Positions 46,683 to 54,908 of a stretch of DNA of 61,325 nt are shown here, one piece after another. How positions within the stretch are numbered: the first letter of the stretch is position 1; every line of letters starts with the position of its first letter. A model generated the notes under the pieces. It had not been told where the DNA came from and ran no database searches. It was given only the letters and a program-made list of their open reading frames with translations. The stretch lies in assembly GCA_017540905.1 (NCBI GenBank), contig JAFYAC010000011.1, positions 1 through 61,325 on the forward strand, read 5' to 3'. The DNA comes from Kiritimatiellia bacterium. Lineage in GTDB: Bacteria > Verrucomicrobiota > Kiritimatiellia > CAIQIC01 > Lenti-01. The translations under genes were made by a program, and so were the position numbers.

Positions 46683-47639
46683 ATGAAGCACCGCATCTTC
46701 TCCATCATCCAGATCGGCCGGCGCGGCGACATCCCGAGCATCGCCTTCGACTACGTCCTCACGCTCAACATCGCGCTGAACATCCTCGTCCTCGTCCTCG
46801 GGACCTTCGACGGACTGGCCGCGCACGCCCGCGCCTTCCGCGCCGTCGAAGTCGCCACCACCCTCTTCTTCTGCGCCGAATACCTCCTCCGCCTCTGGAC
46901 CGCCGACCTCCTCTACCGCAACCACCACCCCCTCGCCGCCCGCCTGCGCTACGTCTTCTCCTTCGACGGCCTCGTCGCGCTCTTCACCATCCTCCCCGTC
47001 TTCTTCTTCCGCGGCGTCGTCGCCTTCCGCATGCTGCGCGTCGTGCGGATCCTCCACCTCTTCCGGCTGAACGCCCGCTACGACTCCTTCAACGTCATCA
47101 CCTCCGTCCTCCAGGAAAAGAGCCGCCAGATCCTCTCCTCCCTCTTCATCATCTTCGTCCTGATGGTGGCCGGCAGCATCTGCATGTACAACGCCGAGCA
47201 CGCCGCCCAGCCCGAAGTCTTCAGGAACGCCTTTTCCGGCTTCTGGTGGAGCGTCTCGACGACCCTGACCATCGGCTACGGCGACATCTACCCCGTGACC
47301 CCCTCGGGCACCGTCCTGGCGATCTTCCTGGGCTTCCTTGGCGTGGGCGCGGTGGCCATCCCGACGGGCATCATCAGCGCGGGCTTCGTCGAAAAATTCA
47401 CCCGCGCCGAGAACGCCGTCAAGCGCTTCCACGACGTCTCCGCCATCGGCGAAATCCGCATCGCGCCGGACAGCGAACTCAGCGGCAAGGCCATCGACGA
47501 CCTCCGCCGCTCCTACGGCATGACCGTCTACCTCGTCGTCCGCGGCGACCTCTCCGTCCTCCCCGAAAGCACCCTCACCGTCACCCCCGGCGACATCCTC
47601 ATCCTCAAATCCGAAAAACTCGCCAAGCCCGGGGCCTGA
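46683..47639 (+). CDS. 6-TM potassium channel with C-terminal TrkA-C-like domain
   Basis: S4-like RMLRVVRILHLFR, filter TIGYGD, C-terminal S.LSGK.I.DL...GDILIL. Confidence 0.88.
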   Translation: MKHRIFSIIQIGRRGDIPSIAFDYVLTLNIALNILVLVLGTFDGLAAHARAFRAVEVATTLFFCAEYLLRLWTADLLYRNHHPLAARLRYVFSFDGLVALFTILPVFFFRGVVAFRMLRVVRILHLFRLNARYDSFNVITSVLQEKSRQILSSLFIIFVLMVAGSICMYNAEHAAQPEVFRNAFSGFWWSVSTTLTIGYGDIYPVTPSGTVLAIFLGFLGVGAVAIPTGIISAGFVEKFTRAENAVKRFHDVSAIGEIRIAPDSELSGKAIDDLRRSYGMTVYLVVRGDLSVLPESTLTVTPGDILILKSEKLAKPGA

Positions 47640-47645
47640 CCCGCC

Positions 47646-48260
47646 CTATATGCGGATCAGGATGAGCACCACCGTCGCGATGGCGCCGATGGTGAGCAGC
47701 CCCGCGACGAGCCCCCCGCGGCGGAAGGTGGTGCCGATCGATGCCCGTGCGCGGCGGAGTCCGGCGGCCTCCAGCACCGCATCCAGACGTTCTTTCCCGG
47801 CCGCGGCCACGATGTCGTCGCCGACCCAGGCGACGAGATGGGGTTCGCGCAAGAGCAGGAGGCCGTGGGGGACGAAAACATACTCCGCCGCGAGGTCCTT
47901 CCAGCGCAGGCTCTGGTACAAAGTGTCGCCGCGGCGGATTTCCAGTTTCCCGTCGGTCAGGCGCGTGGTCGTCGGGGTGGAAAAGGCCCCGCTCTTCTCC
48001 AGCGAGCCGACGATGCTCCGTATCATCCTCGCGCGCTGCCAGAGGGTTTGGCCCCCGAGGAAGAGGCAAATCACGCCCAGCACCAAGTCGATGCGCACGG
48101 ACCGGGGCTTCCCCTCCACTGCCGCCAGAATGAAAAGGAGCGCAGCCAACCCAAACGCGATCCATTCGATCCGGTGCCCCCCGTCGGCAAACCGGAACCA
48201 GTCCTTGAGAATGCTCCGGACTTGCCCGGGCGTTCCGACCGCGCTGTGTGTGGTATCCAT
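47646..48260 (-). CDS. Hypothetical membrane protein (YcxB-like layout)
   Basis: Two N-terminal TMs, soluble domain with W.D motif, C-terminal TM; start re-called at ATG 48260. Confidence 0.5.
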   Translation of the reverse strand: MDTTHSAVGTPGQVRSILKDWFRFADGGHRIEWIAFGLAALLFILAAVEGKPRSVRIDLVLGVICLFLGGQTLWQRARMIRSIVGSLEKSGAFSTPTTTRLTDGKLEIRRGDTLYQSLRWKDLAAEYVFVPHGLLLLREPHLVAWVGDDIVAAAGKERLDAVLEAAGLRRARASIGTTFRRGGLVAGLLTIGAIATVVLILIRI

Positions 48261-48485
48261 GGCCGCAACAGTATCGCCCCACCCGCCGCATAGCAAGCCC
48301 CAACCCGCCTCCCGCCTCTTTTTCCCCCCAGTCATCTTTCTTCCTCATCCACACATCTCCAACAATTCGCAATATTAAGGAAAACACACATATTTCAACG
48401 ACTTCCCGCTCATCCTCGCCCCTATGAACGCTCCCCGCCCAGACTCGCCCTCCTCCCTGCAATGGGGTACCGGCCCGCTTCAATC

Positions 48486-48845
48486 ATGTCATGGAATGCA
48501 TTCGATGTATTCACCCACCCTGAAAGGAGTTTCCCCATGGTCTGTTGGAGCTTGGAACGCATTACCATGGGGACATTCAGGGCTTGCCGTGGTCTGGGAA
48601 CGGTGGATTTCGGCAATGGCTTGCGTGAAATGCACCACATCGGAGGCGGGGCGTTTTCTGGCTATTGGGAATTGACCAAGATGCCCTTCCCGAAATTGCA
48701 TGAAGGTCTTGGCGGAACTTTCGCATACAGCGGCGTGCGCCTTATCCGCATACCGGCTTCGTGGGCGGGCACCCCCATGCTGGCGTCGGCCGACCTGCCG
48801 AAGTCCTGCCGCGTGCTGTACTACGGTCCGGCGTCCGCCGAGTAG
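48486..48845 (+). pseudogene. Degenerate BspA-type leucine-rich-repeat fragment
   Basis: SLERI...FRAC.GL..VDF...L..IG..AFSG...L pattern, eroded, lacking an N-terminus. Confidence 0.45.
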
Positions 48846-48868
48846 CCCCCACTGCCCATTTCGGCCCC

Positions 48869-49855
48869 CTACCGCCTTCGATTCCGCCGTGCCTCCAGCG
48901 GCGCGTTCAGCCACGCCCGGATGTCGCTCTGCAACCGCCGCGTCTCCGCATCCGGATTCCGCTCCCCCAGCACCCTCCGCAATGCCTCCCAGAACGCCCT
49001 CTCCCGCTCCTCCCCCGCCCCCACGCTCACCCCCGCCCCAACCACTCGCGATATCAAGGAATTATCAGGCTTTCCCTTCGATTTTCTCCTTCTCGCCCGC
49101 CCCGGTTTCGGCGGCTGGATACGCCGGATTGTCACCATCCGCATGATGCCCAGCTTCGACTCCACAGCCCGCGTCAGCCGCGTCACCTTCGGATTCTCCT
49201 CCAGCAACCTCAGCAGCTTCGCCTTCGCCTTGACCGCCGTCGCACGCTCGCCCTCCGACAGTCCCGCGAGCCCGTCCTGTCCTTCTTCGCTGTCCGGCAG
49301 TAGCCATTCCAGCGGAATCCGCGCATCCAGCCCCACCAGCTGGCGCAGGCGTGTCGCCAGCTTCTTGTAGTGCATCGCCGTCGGATACTTCACCGACGGC
49401 ACCTTCTTCTTCATCCACCCCTTCAGCCCCGGCTGCCGCGCGCAAATGCGCTTCGACCCGTTCCGGGTTTTCTTGAACACGAATCGCGAATCCAGCGTCG
49501 GCTCCAAGTCCGCCAGACGCGACCCGATGCGCAACCTTCCGCACAGCGTCCGCGGATTGATTTCCCATACTTCTTCGATTTCTTCCGGCTCCGGCACGCC
49601 TCGCAGCGACACCGCCTCCCGCGGCGCCGCCGGCACCACGACCTCCTGCGGCGCGACATGCCGCCGGAGCCGCGACAGCAGCTTACGCCCGCCGTAGAAG
49701 GCGAGGTGCAGCGCGATGGCGCCCGTGCAGGCAACCAGCCCGAGCGGGAAAGCGACTTGGTCCTCAAGGCGCGTGTAGCGCCGGTTGAGACAGGGCAGGA
49801 ATAGCTCTTGGAGGCCTTCGAGATAGCCGGGAGGGAAAAGAGGTTCGGTTTTCAT
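48869..49855 (-). CDS. Basic hypothetical protein, weak DUF3102-like pattern
   Basis: Start MKTEPLFPP (49855); IGSRL.DL...GLKGWM...Y.TAMHYKKLA; Arg/Lys-rich. Confidence 0.5.
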   Translation of the reverse strand: MKTEPLFPPGYLEGLQELFLPCLNRRYTRLEDQVAFPLGLVACTGAIALHLAFYGGRKLLSRLRRHVAPQEVVVPAAPREAVSLRGVPEPEEIEEVWEINPRTLCGRLRIGSRLADLEPTLDSRFVFKKTRNGSKRICARQPGLKGWMKKKVPSVKYPTAMHYKKLATRLRQLVGLDARIPLEWLLPDSEEGQDGLAGLSEGERATAVKAKAKLLRLLEENPKVTRLTRAVESKLGIMRMVTIRRIQPPKPGRARRRKSKGKPDNSLISRVVGAGVSVGAGEERERAFWEALRRVLGERNPDAETRRLQSDIRAWLNAPLEARRNRRR

Positions 49856-50027
49856 GCCCTTGATGATGGAGGAAAACAATGGGAAACGAAAGAGTTTTCT
49901 TAGATATCGCGAGCTCTTTGGACGGCTTGCCATCCGGGTGCGCAAAACACGGGGACGGCGCGGGACCTGACCCGCCTTTGGGAGGGTTCTGTTGTTCTGC
50001 GGCTTCCCGGACGTTTCCCCTTCACAT

Positions 50028-50093
50028 GGTCGCGCGGAAGCGCGACCCTCCCGCTGCGGTCCCCTCGGGGAGGGACGCGCTTCCGCGCGTCCG
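50028..50093. repeat. REP doublet of a variant family (GGAG-GG[T/A]CGCG-CTTCCG-CGCG[A/T]CC)
   Basis: ggtcgcgcggaagcgcgaccctccc and gggagggacgcgcttccgcgcgtcc. Confidence 0.8.
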
Positions 50094-50115
50094 CAATCGC
50101 CGACGGTAGCCCCCG

Positions 50116-51144
50116 TCAGACCGCGGTTTCCCCCGCCAGCACGCGGCGGTAATCTTCGAGGTTCGCCTTCAGAAGCGCCGGAGTGTCGAGTCCGTACGGA
50201 CAGCGCGAAGCGCAGCGTCCGCATTTGGTGCACGACTCGATTTTCGCCATTTCCGCCTGCCATTCGGGCGAGAGCCAGGCGGAGGACGGGGCCCGGCGGA
50301 GCAGGAGCGACGTCCGGGCGCAGTTGTTGATCTTGATGCCCGCAGGGCACGGCATGCAGTAGCCGCACCCGCGGCAGAAGGAGCCGGAGAGTTCGGCGCG
50401 GTCGCGCCCGATGGCCGCGGCCCGTTCGGGCGTCATGGAGGGCGTCCCGCGCATGTACGACAGCCATTCCTCCAGCTCCGCCTCCCGCTGGATTCCCCAG
50501 ATGGGCACGACGTTGGGAAACTGGGCGACGAACGCCATCGCCGCGTCCGCCCGCGTGATGAGCCCCCCCGCCAGCCCTTTCATCGCGATGAACCCAACTC
50601 CCGCCCCGGCGCAGCGCCCCACCAGCGCGATCTCCCGGTCGCTCGCCAGATGGGAAAAGGGAAACTGGATGGTTTCGTACAATCCCGAACCAACGCATTC
50701 CTCGGCGACGCCGACCAGGTGCGCCGTGATGCCGATGTGCCGGATTTTCCCCGCCTTCCGCGCCGCCAGCATCTCCTCGTACATCCCGGAGCCGTCGCCC
50801 GGACGCCAACATTGCGGCGCGCAGTGGAACTGGTAGATGTCGATCCGGTCCGTGCGCAGCGCCCGGAGCGACGCGTCGAGCTGGGCGCGGAACTCGGCGG
50901 GCGTCCTGGCCATCGTCTTGCTGGCCAGCACAATCCGGTCGCGGAGCCCCCCGCCGAACGCCGCGCCGAGCTTCTCCTCGCTGTCGGTGTAGGCCCGGGC
51001 GGTGTCGAACAGGCGCATGCCCCCGTCGAAGGCCCGCCGCAGCAAGCGGACCGCGTCCGCCTTGGGTATCCGCTGGATCGGCAGCGCGCCGAAACCGTTT
51101 TGCGGGACTTCCAATCCCGTTCTCCCGAGTGCAACCGTGTTCAT
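50116..51144 (-). CDS. Aldo/keto reductase with C-terminal 4Fe-4S dicluster
   Basis: LGRTGL, FDTARAYTDSE, LRTDRIDIYQFH, CRGCGYCMPCP, CTKCGRCASRCPY. Confidence 0.92.
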   Translation of the reverse strand: MNTVALGRTGLEVPQNGFGALPIQRIPKADAVRLLRRAFDGGMRLFDTARAYTDSEEKLGAAFGGGLRDRIVLASKTMARTPAEFRAQLDASLRALRTDRIDIYQFHCAPQCWRPGDGSGMYEEMLAARKAGKIRHIGITAHLVGVAEECVGSGLYETIQFPFSHLASDREIALVGRCAGAGVGFIAMKGLAGGLITRADAAMAFVAQFPNVVPIWGIQREAELEEWLSYMRGTPSMTPERAAAIGRDRAELSGSFCRGCGYCMPCPAGIKINNCARTSLLLRRAPSSAWLSPEWQAEMAKIESCTKCGRCASRCPYGLDTPALLKANLEDYRRVLAGETAV

Positions 51145-51160
51145 GGGGCGGAGTCTACCA
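51145..51160 (-). promoter_or_regulatory. Extended -10 element, probable leaderless transcript
   Basis: Minus strand TGgTAGACT, 7 nt, ATG 51144. Confidence 0.55.
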
Positions 51161-51247
51161 AATGCCAGGGAAGGTGCAAAGGTGGGAGGAATTGCGATTG
51201 CACTCGACTGCATTCGATTGCAGCCGATTGCAATCGAAGGGGCCCGG

Positions 51248-52813
51248 TCAGTCGAGGTAGGTGCCGGCGCGGGCGGCGGTTTGGCGGCCGTCGAGGAGGG
51301 CGGGGGTGCCGTCGACGAAGACGGCGGCGATGCCGGTGCAGAAGGAGTGGGGCTTGGCGTAGGTGGCGGTGTCTCGGAAGGCGGCGGGGGTGAGGACGGT
51401 GATGTCGGCCCAGTTGCCTTCGCGCAGGATGCCGCGGCCGGACAGGCGGAAGCGTTCGGCGGGAAGGGAGGTGATCTTGCGGATGGCTTCCGGCGCGGGG
51501 AGGTGGAGTTCGTCGATGGCGAGGCGGAAGTAGCGGGCCATGGTGCCGTAGGCGCGCGGATGGGGGTGGTCGACGGCGAGGGGGCCGGTCGGGGCGCGGA
51601 GGGAGGCGTCGGAGCCGACCATGATCCACGGCTCGGCGAGGATGCGGCGCATGTTGTCTTCGCTCATGCCGAAGAAGAAGCCGCCGGTGTAGAGGTCGTC
51701 GGTGTCCATGAAGCGGAGGGCGGCTTCGGGAGGGGACAGGTGCCAGGCGTCGGCGGCTTCGCGCAGGGGGCGGCCGGTGAAGGGGGCGTTTTCCTTTGCG
51801 TGGGTGCAGCCGATCCATACGGTGTCCCAGTCGGCGTCGGTGCGGCTGGAGGCCCACTCGGCGAGGATGCGGGCACGGGTGGCGCCGTCGCGGACGCGCG
51901 CGAGGATGGCGTCGCGGCCGTCCTGTTCGGCCCACTCGGGGAGCAGGATGTCGAGGTCGGTGCCGGAGGCGGTGTAGGGGTAGCGGTCGGAGGCGACGTC
52001 GGTGCCGGAGGCGCGGGCGCGGCGGAGGGTTTCCAGGAGGTCGCCGATCTTGTGCCAGTTGCGGCGGCCGCTTGTCTTGAGGTGGGAGATCTGGAGGCGC
52101 ACGCCGGTGGAGCGGGCGAGGTCGAGGGCTTCGTCGACGGCTTCGAGCAGGCGCGCGGATTCGCTGCGCATGTGGGTGGCGTAGAGGCCCCCGCGGCGGG
52201 CGGCGGAGCGGCAGAGGGCGAGGAGTTCGTCGCGGCCGGCGAACATGGCGGGGGCGTAGACGAGGCCGGTGGATACGCCGGCGGCGCCTTCGTCGAGGGC
52301 CTGGTCGAGGAGGCGCACCATGGCGCGGACTTCGTCGGGGGTCGCGGCGCGCGGGGCGGTCCCCATGACGGCGGCGCGCAGGTTGCGGTGGCCGCAGAGC
52401 ATGCGGGAGTGGATGGCAGGGCGGCATTCGGCGAGGAGGGCGCGGTACTCGGCGACGGTGCGCCAGGGACGGGGATACGTCTGCTGCCGCCAGTCGCTGG
52501 GCAGCTCGTAGCCGCCGAAGCGCGGCGCGGCGGAGGCGCCGCAGTTGCCGGTGATTTCGGTGGTGATGCCCTGCGTGAGCTTGGACGCGGCGGAGGGCTC
52601 GACGAGGAGGTAGGCGTCGGAGTGCGAGTGGGCGTCGATGAAGCCGGGGCACACCCAGCGGCCCGCGGCGTCGAGGGTGTGCGCGGCCTCCGCGCGCGAG
52701 AGGTCGCCGATGGCGGCGATGCGGCCGCCGGAGATGGCCAGGTCGGCGCGCCGGGCGGGGGAGCCCAGGCCGTCGTGGAGGGTACCGTTGAGGATGAGCC
52801 AGTCGTAGGTCAT
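51248..52813 (-). CDS. N-acyl-D-amino-acid deacylase (amidohydrolase)
   Basis: PGFIDAHSHSD, GNCG.S, STGLVYAP, HMRSE, HPRAYGT, GNWADI. Confidence 0.9.
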   Translation of the reverse strand: MTYDWLILNGTLHDGLGSPARRADLAISGGRIAAIGDLSRAEAAHTLDAAGRWVCPGFIDAHSHSDAYLLVEPSAASKLTQGITTEITGNCGASAAPRFGGYELPSDWRQQTYPRPWRTVAEYRALLAECRPAIHSRMLCGHRNLRAAVMGTAPRAATPDEVRAMVRLLDQALDEGAAGVSTGLVYAPAMFAGRDELLALCRSAARRGGLYATHMRSESARLLEAVDEALDLARSTGVRLQISHLKTSGRRNWHKIGDLLETLRRARASGTDVASDRYPYTASGTDLDILLPEWAEQDGRDAILARVRDGATRARILAEWASSRTDADWDTVWIGCTHAKENAPFTGRPLREAADAWHLSPPEAALRFMDTDDLYTGGFFFGMSEDNMRRILAEPWIMVGSDASLRAPTGPLAVDHPHPRAYGTMARYFRLAIDELHLPAPEAIRKITSLPAERFRLSGRGILREGNWADITVLTPAAFRDTATYAKPHSFCTGIAAVFVDGTPALLDGRQTAARAGTYLD

Positions 52814-52831
52814 GGGAGGGAAACTCGGGTT

Positions 52832-52875
52832 CTAGAGATCTAGATACCTAGATACCTAGATACCTAGTTTTCTAG
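52832..52875. repeat. 8-bp periodic CTAG tract (CTAGNNNN x6)
   Basis: CTAG at 52832, 52840, 52848, 52856, 52864 and 52872. Confidence 0.9.
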
Positions 52876-54618
52876 GGCTTGGGCCTCCTCCGCGGCGGGC
52901 GCGTCGAAGCTCCAGCTGCCGAGCCAGAGGAAGCGGAGGCGGCGCTCGTCCGGGGTGCGGTCCCAGGCGAGGAGGCCCTTGAGGAAGGACCAGTGGCGCT
53001 CGCCGCGCGGTTCGCTGCGGTCGTGGTCCCACAGGGGGAAGGCGCTGAAGCTGCGCGAGCCGTCCGCTTCGCAACGCTGGCGGTACAGGCCCCAGAGGAC
53101 GTCGAGTTCGGAGCGGCCCTCCTTCGCGCGGTAGTCGGCGAGGGTCCAGAGCGGCGCCCAGGAGCGCTCCACCGGCGCCGGATTCGGTCCGGGCCAGAGC
53201 TCCAGCGTGCGCCAGCGGATTTCGCCGGTGTCCACGTTCGACGCGTGCGACCAGAGCGGCCATACCTTGGTGCGCGTGGCGGTGATGCGGCGCGGGCCGT
53301 CATCGGCGGGCGGCGGCGGGGGCGCGTCGGCGGAATCGCCGTCGCCGTCGCCCTCGCCCGACCCGGGGGCGATGGCGGAGAAGAGGCTCCCGCGCTTCGG
53401 CTCCGGCGGCGGGTCGCCCACGGGCACGCTGGTGGTGACGCGGTTCCAGAAGGGTACCAGCGTCCAGCGCACGCGCTGCTCGCGGCCGACGCGGTTCTGT
53501 TCGCGGATAAGGAACGGCCAGGCCCAGAAGGTCCGCCGCAGGTCGCCGTCCGTGCGGGTGCCCCAGAATGGCCACACATACAGCCGCTGGCGGTACTTGC
53601 CGGTTTCGCGCTGGAAGAACGGCCACGGACAGTAGAGGCGGGTCATCTGCTCGCCCTCCACGTACTGGAAGAGCGGCGGCAGCGCCATCCAGCCCTTCTG
53701 CGAATTGAGGTCCACGCGACCGCAGACCGGGAAGAGCACCCACGCCTTGCCGTTCGCCTTCGGGTGCGTGTACTCGGCCTGGTTCCAGAAGGGCCACATC
53801 ACCGACTTCTTGACGAACTGGCGCTTGTTTTCGACGCGCGAATAGAACGGGAACACGCGCAGCTTGTCCCACTTTCCGTCGTCGGACTGGCCGCGCGAAT
53901 AGATGGGCCAGAGGATGTCGGTGGTATGCAGGTCGTTGACGTCGCTCTCCATCCAGATGGGCCAGAGCACGAACGAAATCCGATCCTTCCACAAAAAATC
54001 GCGCACCGTCCCGCCGAAGGGGAACAGCGCCGCGTACGGCGTCCCGTCGGCGGTGTGCCCGTTGGCCCAGAAGGGGATGATCCAGAAGTGGTCGGCCTTG
54101 GAGGTGCCATCCGACCCATCCTTGTCGAACCCGAACACGTTCACCACGCGCCACGACCGCTCGTCGCCGAACGTCTTGCCCGCCGCGACGGGCCAGCACG
54201 CGTCCCAGTTGGTGCGCCCGCCGACGGGGTCGATGGCGCGGCTCCAGAAGGGCCGCACCGGCGCGAACAGCTCCGCCCCGTTCGCCGAGGACGAACTCTC
54301 GAAGAACGGCCCCGCCGCGCGCACCCGCTCGCTGCCGTCGATGTCCTCCAGATGCGAATAGAAGGGCCCCGCGTCCGTCTCCCACGGCAGCGGCCAGGCC
54401 GCCGGTTCCGCCCAAACGACCGCGCAGCAGGCCCAGGCGGCCGCCGCGCAAATTTTCCAACCATTGGAAAAAAGTTTTCCAATCATTGGAAAAATCGGCC
54501 CGGTTTTTCCAACCATTGGAAAAAATTTCCGCGATTTTTCCAACCATTGGAAAAAAGTTTTCCAATCATTGGAAAACTTTCCGCGGCGCCCTGAAAACGA
54601 TGTCAGCCCTGTATGCAT
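52864..54618 (-). CDS. Secreted/outer-membrane-like Trp-rich protein with (L/W)WP(F/L) repeats; palindrome array in N-terminal region
   Basis: Repeated WPF/FPF motifs; h-region ICAAAAWACCAVVWA; ATG 54618 lies 7 nt after TGcTAGAGT; alternative ATG 54486 inside the repeat array. Confidence 0.7.
   Translation of the reverse strand: MHTGLTSFSGRRGKFSNDWKTFFQWLEKSRKFFPMVGKTGPIFPMIGKLFSNGWKICAAAAWACCAVVWAEPAAWPLPWETDAGPFYSHLEDIDGSERVRAAGPFFESSSSANGAELFAPVRPFWSRAIDPVGGRTNWDACWPVAAGKTFGDERSWRVVNVFGFDKDGSDGTSKADHFWIIPFWANGHTADGTPYAALFPFGGTVRDFLWKDRISFVLWPIWMESDVNDLHTTDILWPIYSRGQSDDGKWDKLRVFPFYSRVENKRQFVKKSVMWPFWNQAEYTHPKANGKAWVLFPVCGRVDLNSQKGWMALPPLFQYVEGEQMTRLYCPWPFFQRETGKYRQRLYVWPFWGTRTDGDLRRTFWAWPFLIREQNRVGREQRVRWTLVPFWNRVTTSVPVGDPPPEPKRGSLFSAIAPGSGEGDGDGDSADAPPPPPADDGPRRITATRTKVWPLWSHASNVDTGEIRWRTLELWPGPNPAPVERSWAPLWTLADYRAKEGRSELDVLWGLYRQRCEADGSRSFSAFPLWDHDRSEPRGERHWSFLKGLLAWDRTPDERRLRFLWLGSWSFDAPAAEEAQALEN
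54453..54576. repeat. Five 19-bp palindromes TTTTCCAA-(C/T)CA-TTGGAAAA
   Basis: Copies start at 54453, 54475, 54505, 54536 and 54558. Confidence 0.92.
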
Positions 54619-54856
54619 GCCTCGGACTCTAGCACCCCCCCTTCCCTCCCGCCAAGCGCGTTTTCCGCGCCTGCCGCGGGGAGGCGGCGAGTCCCTTCGC
54701 CGCCGTGCGCCTGTCGTGCGCATGGATTTGCCTTCATGCCGCACCCCTTTCGCAGGGCGGGCAGGGGACTGCCCGCCCTGCCCGCGGCCCGCAAACACGA
54801 ATGTTTGGACTTTATGCTGCACTGGAGCGGGTTGGGATTTCCTGTAGGCGCAACGC

Positions 54857-54884
54857 AAAACGGCCCGCCGGGGGGCGGGCCGTT
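54857..54884 (-). terminator. Rho-independent terminator after secDF
   Basis: Stem aacggcccgcc/ggcgggccgtt followed by a short T run on the minus strand. Confidence 0.65.
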
Positions 54885-54908
54885 CGCGGGGGGATGTGTC
54901 CCGGGGGA

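Noticed and set aside
54453-54576. 19-bp palindrome array as a mini-CRISPR
   Set aside because: Spacers of 3-12 nt are far too short; no cas genes or leader.
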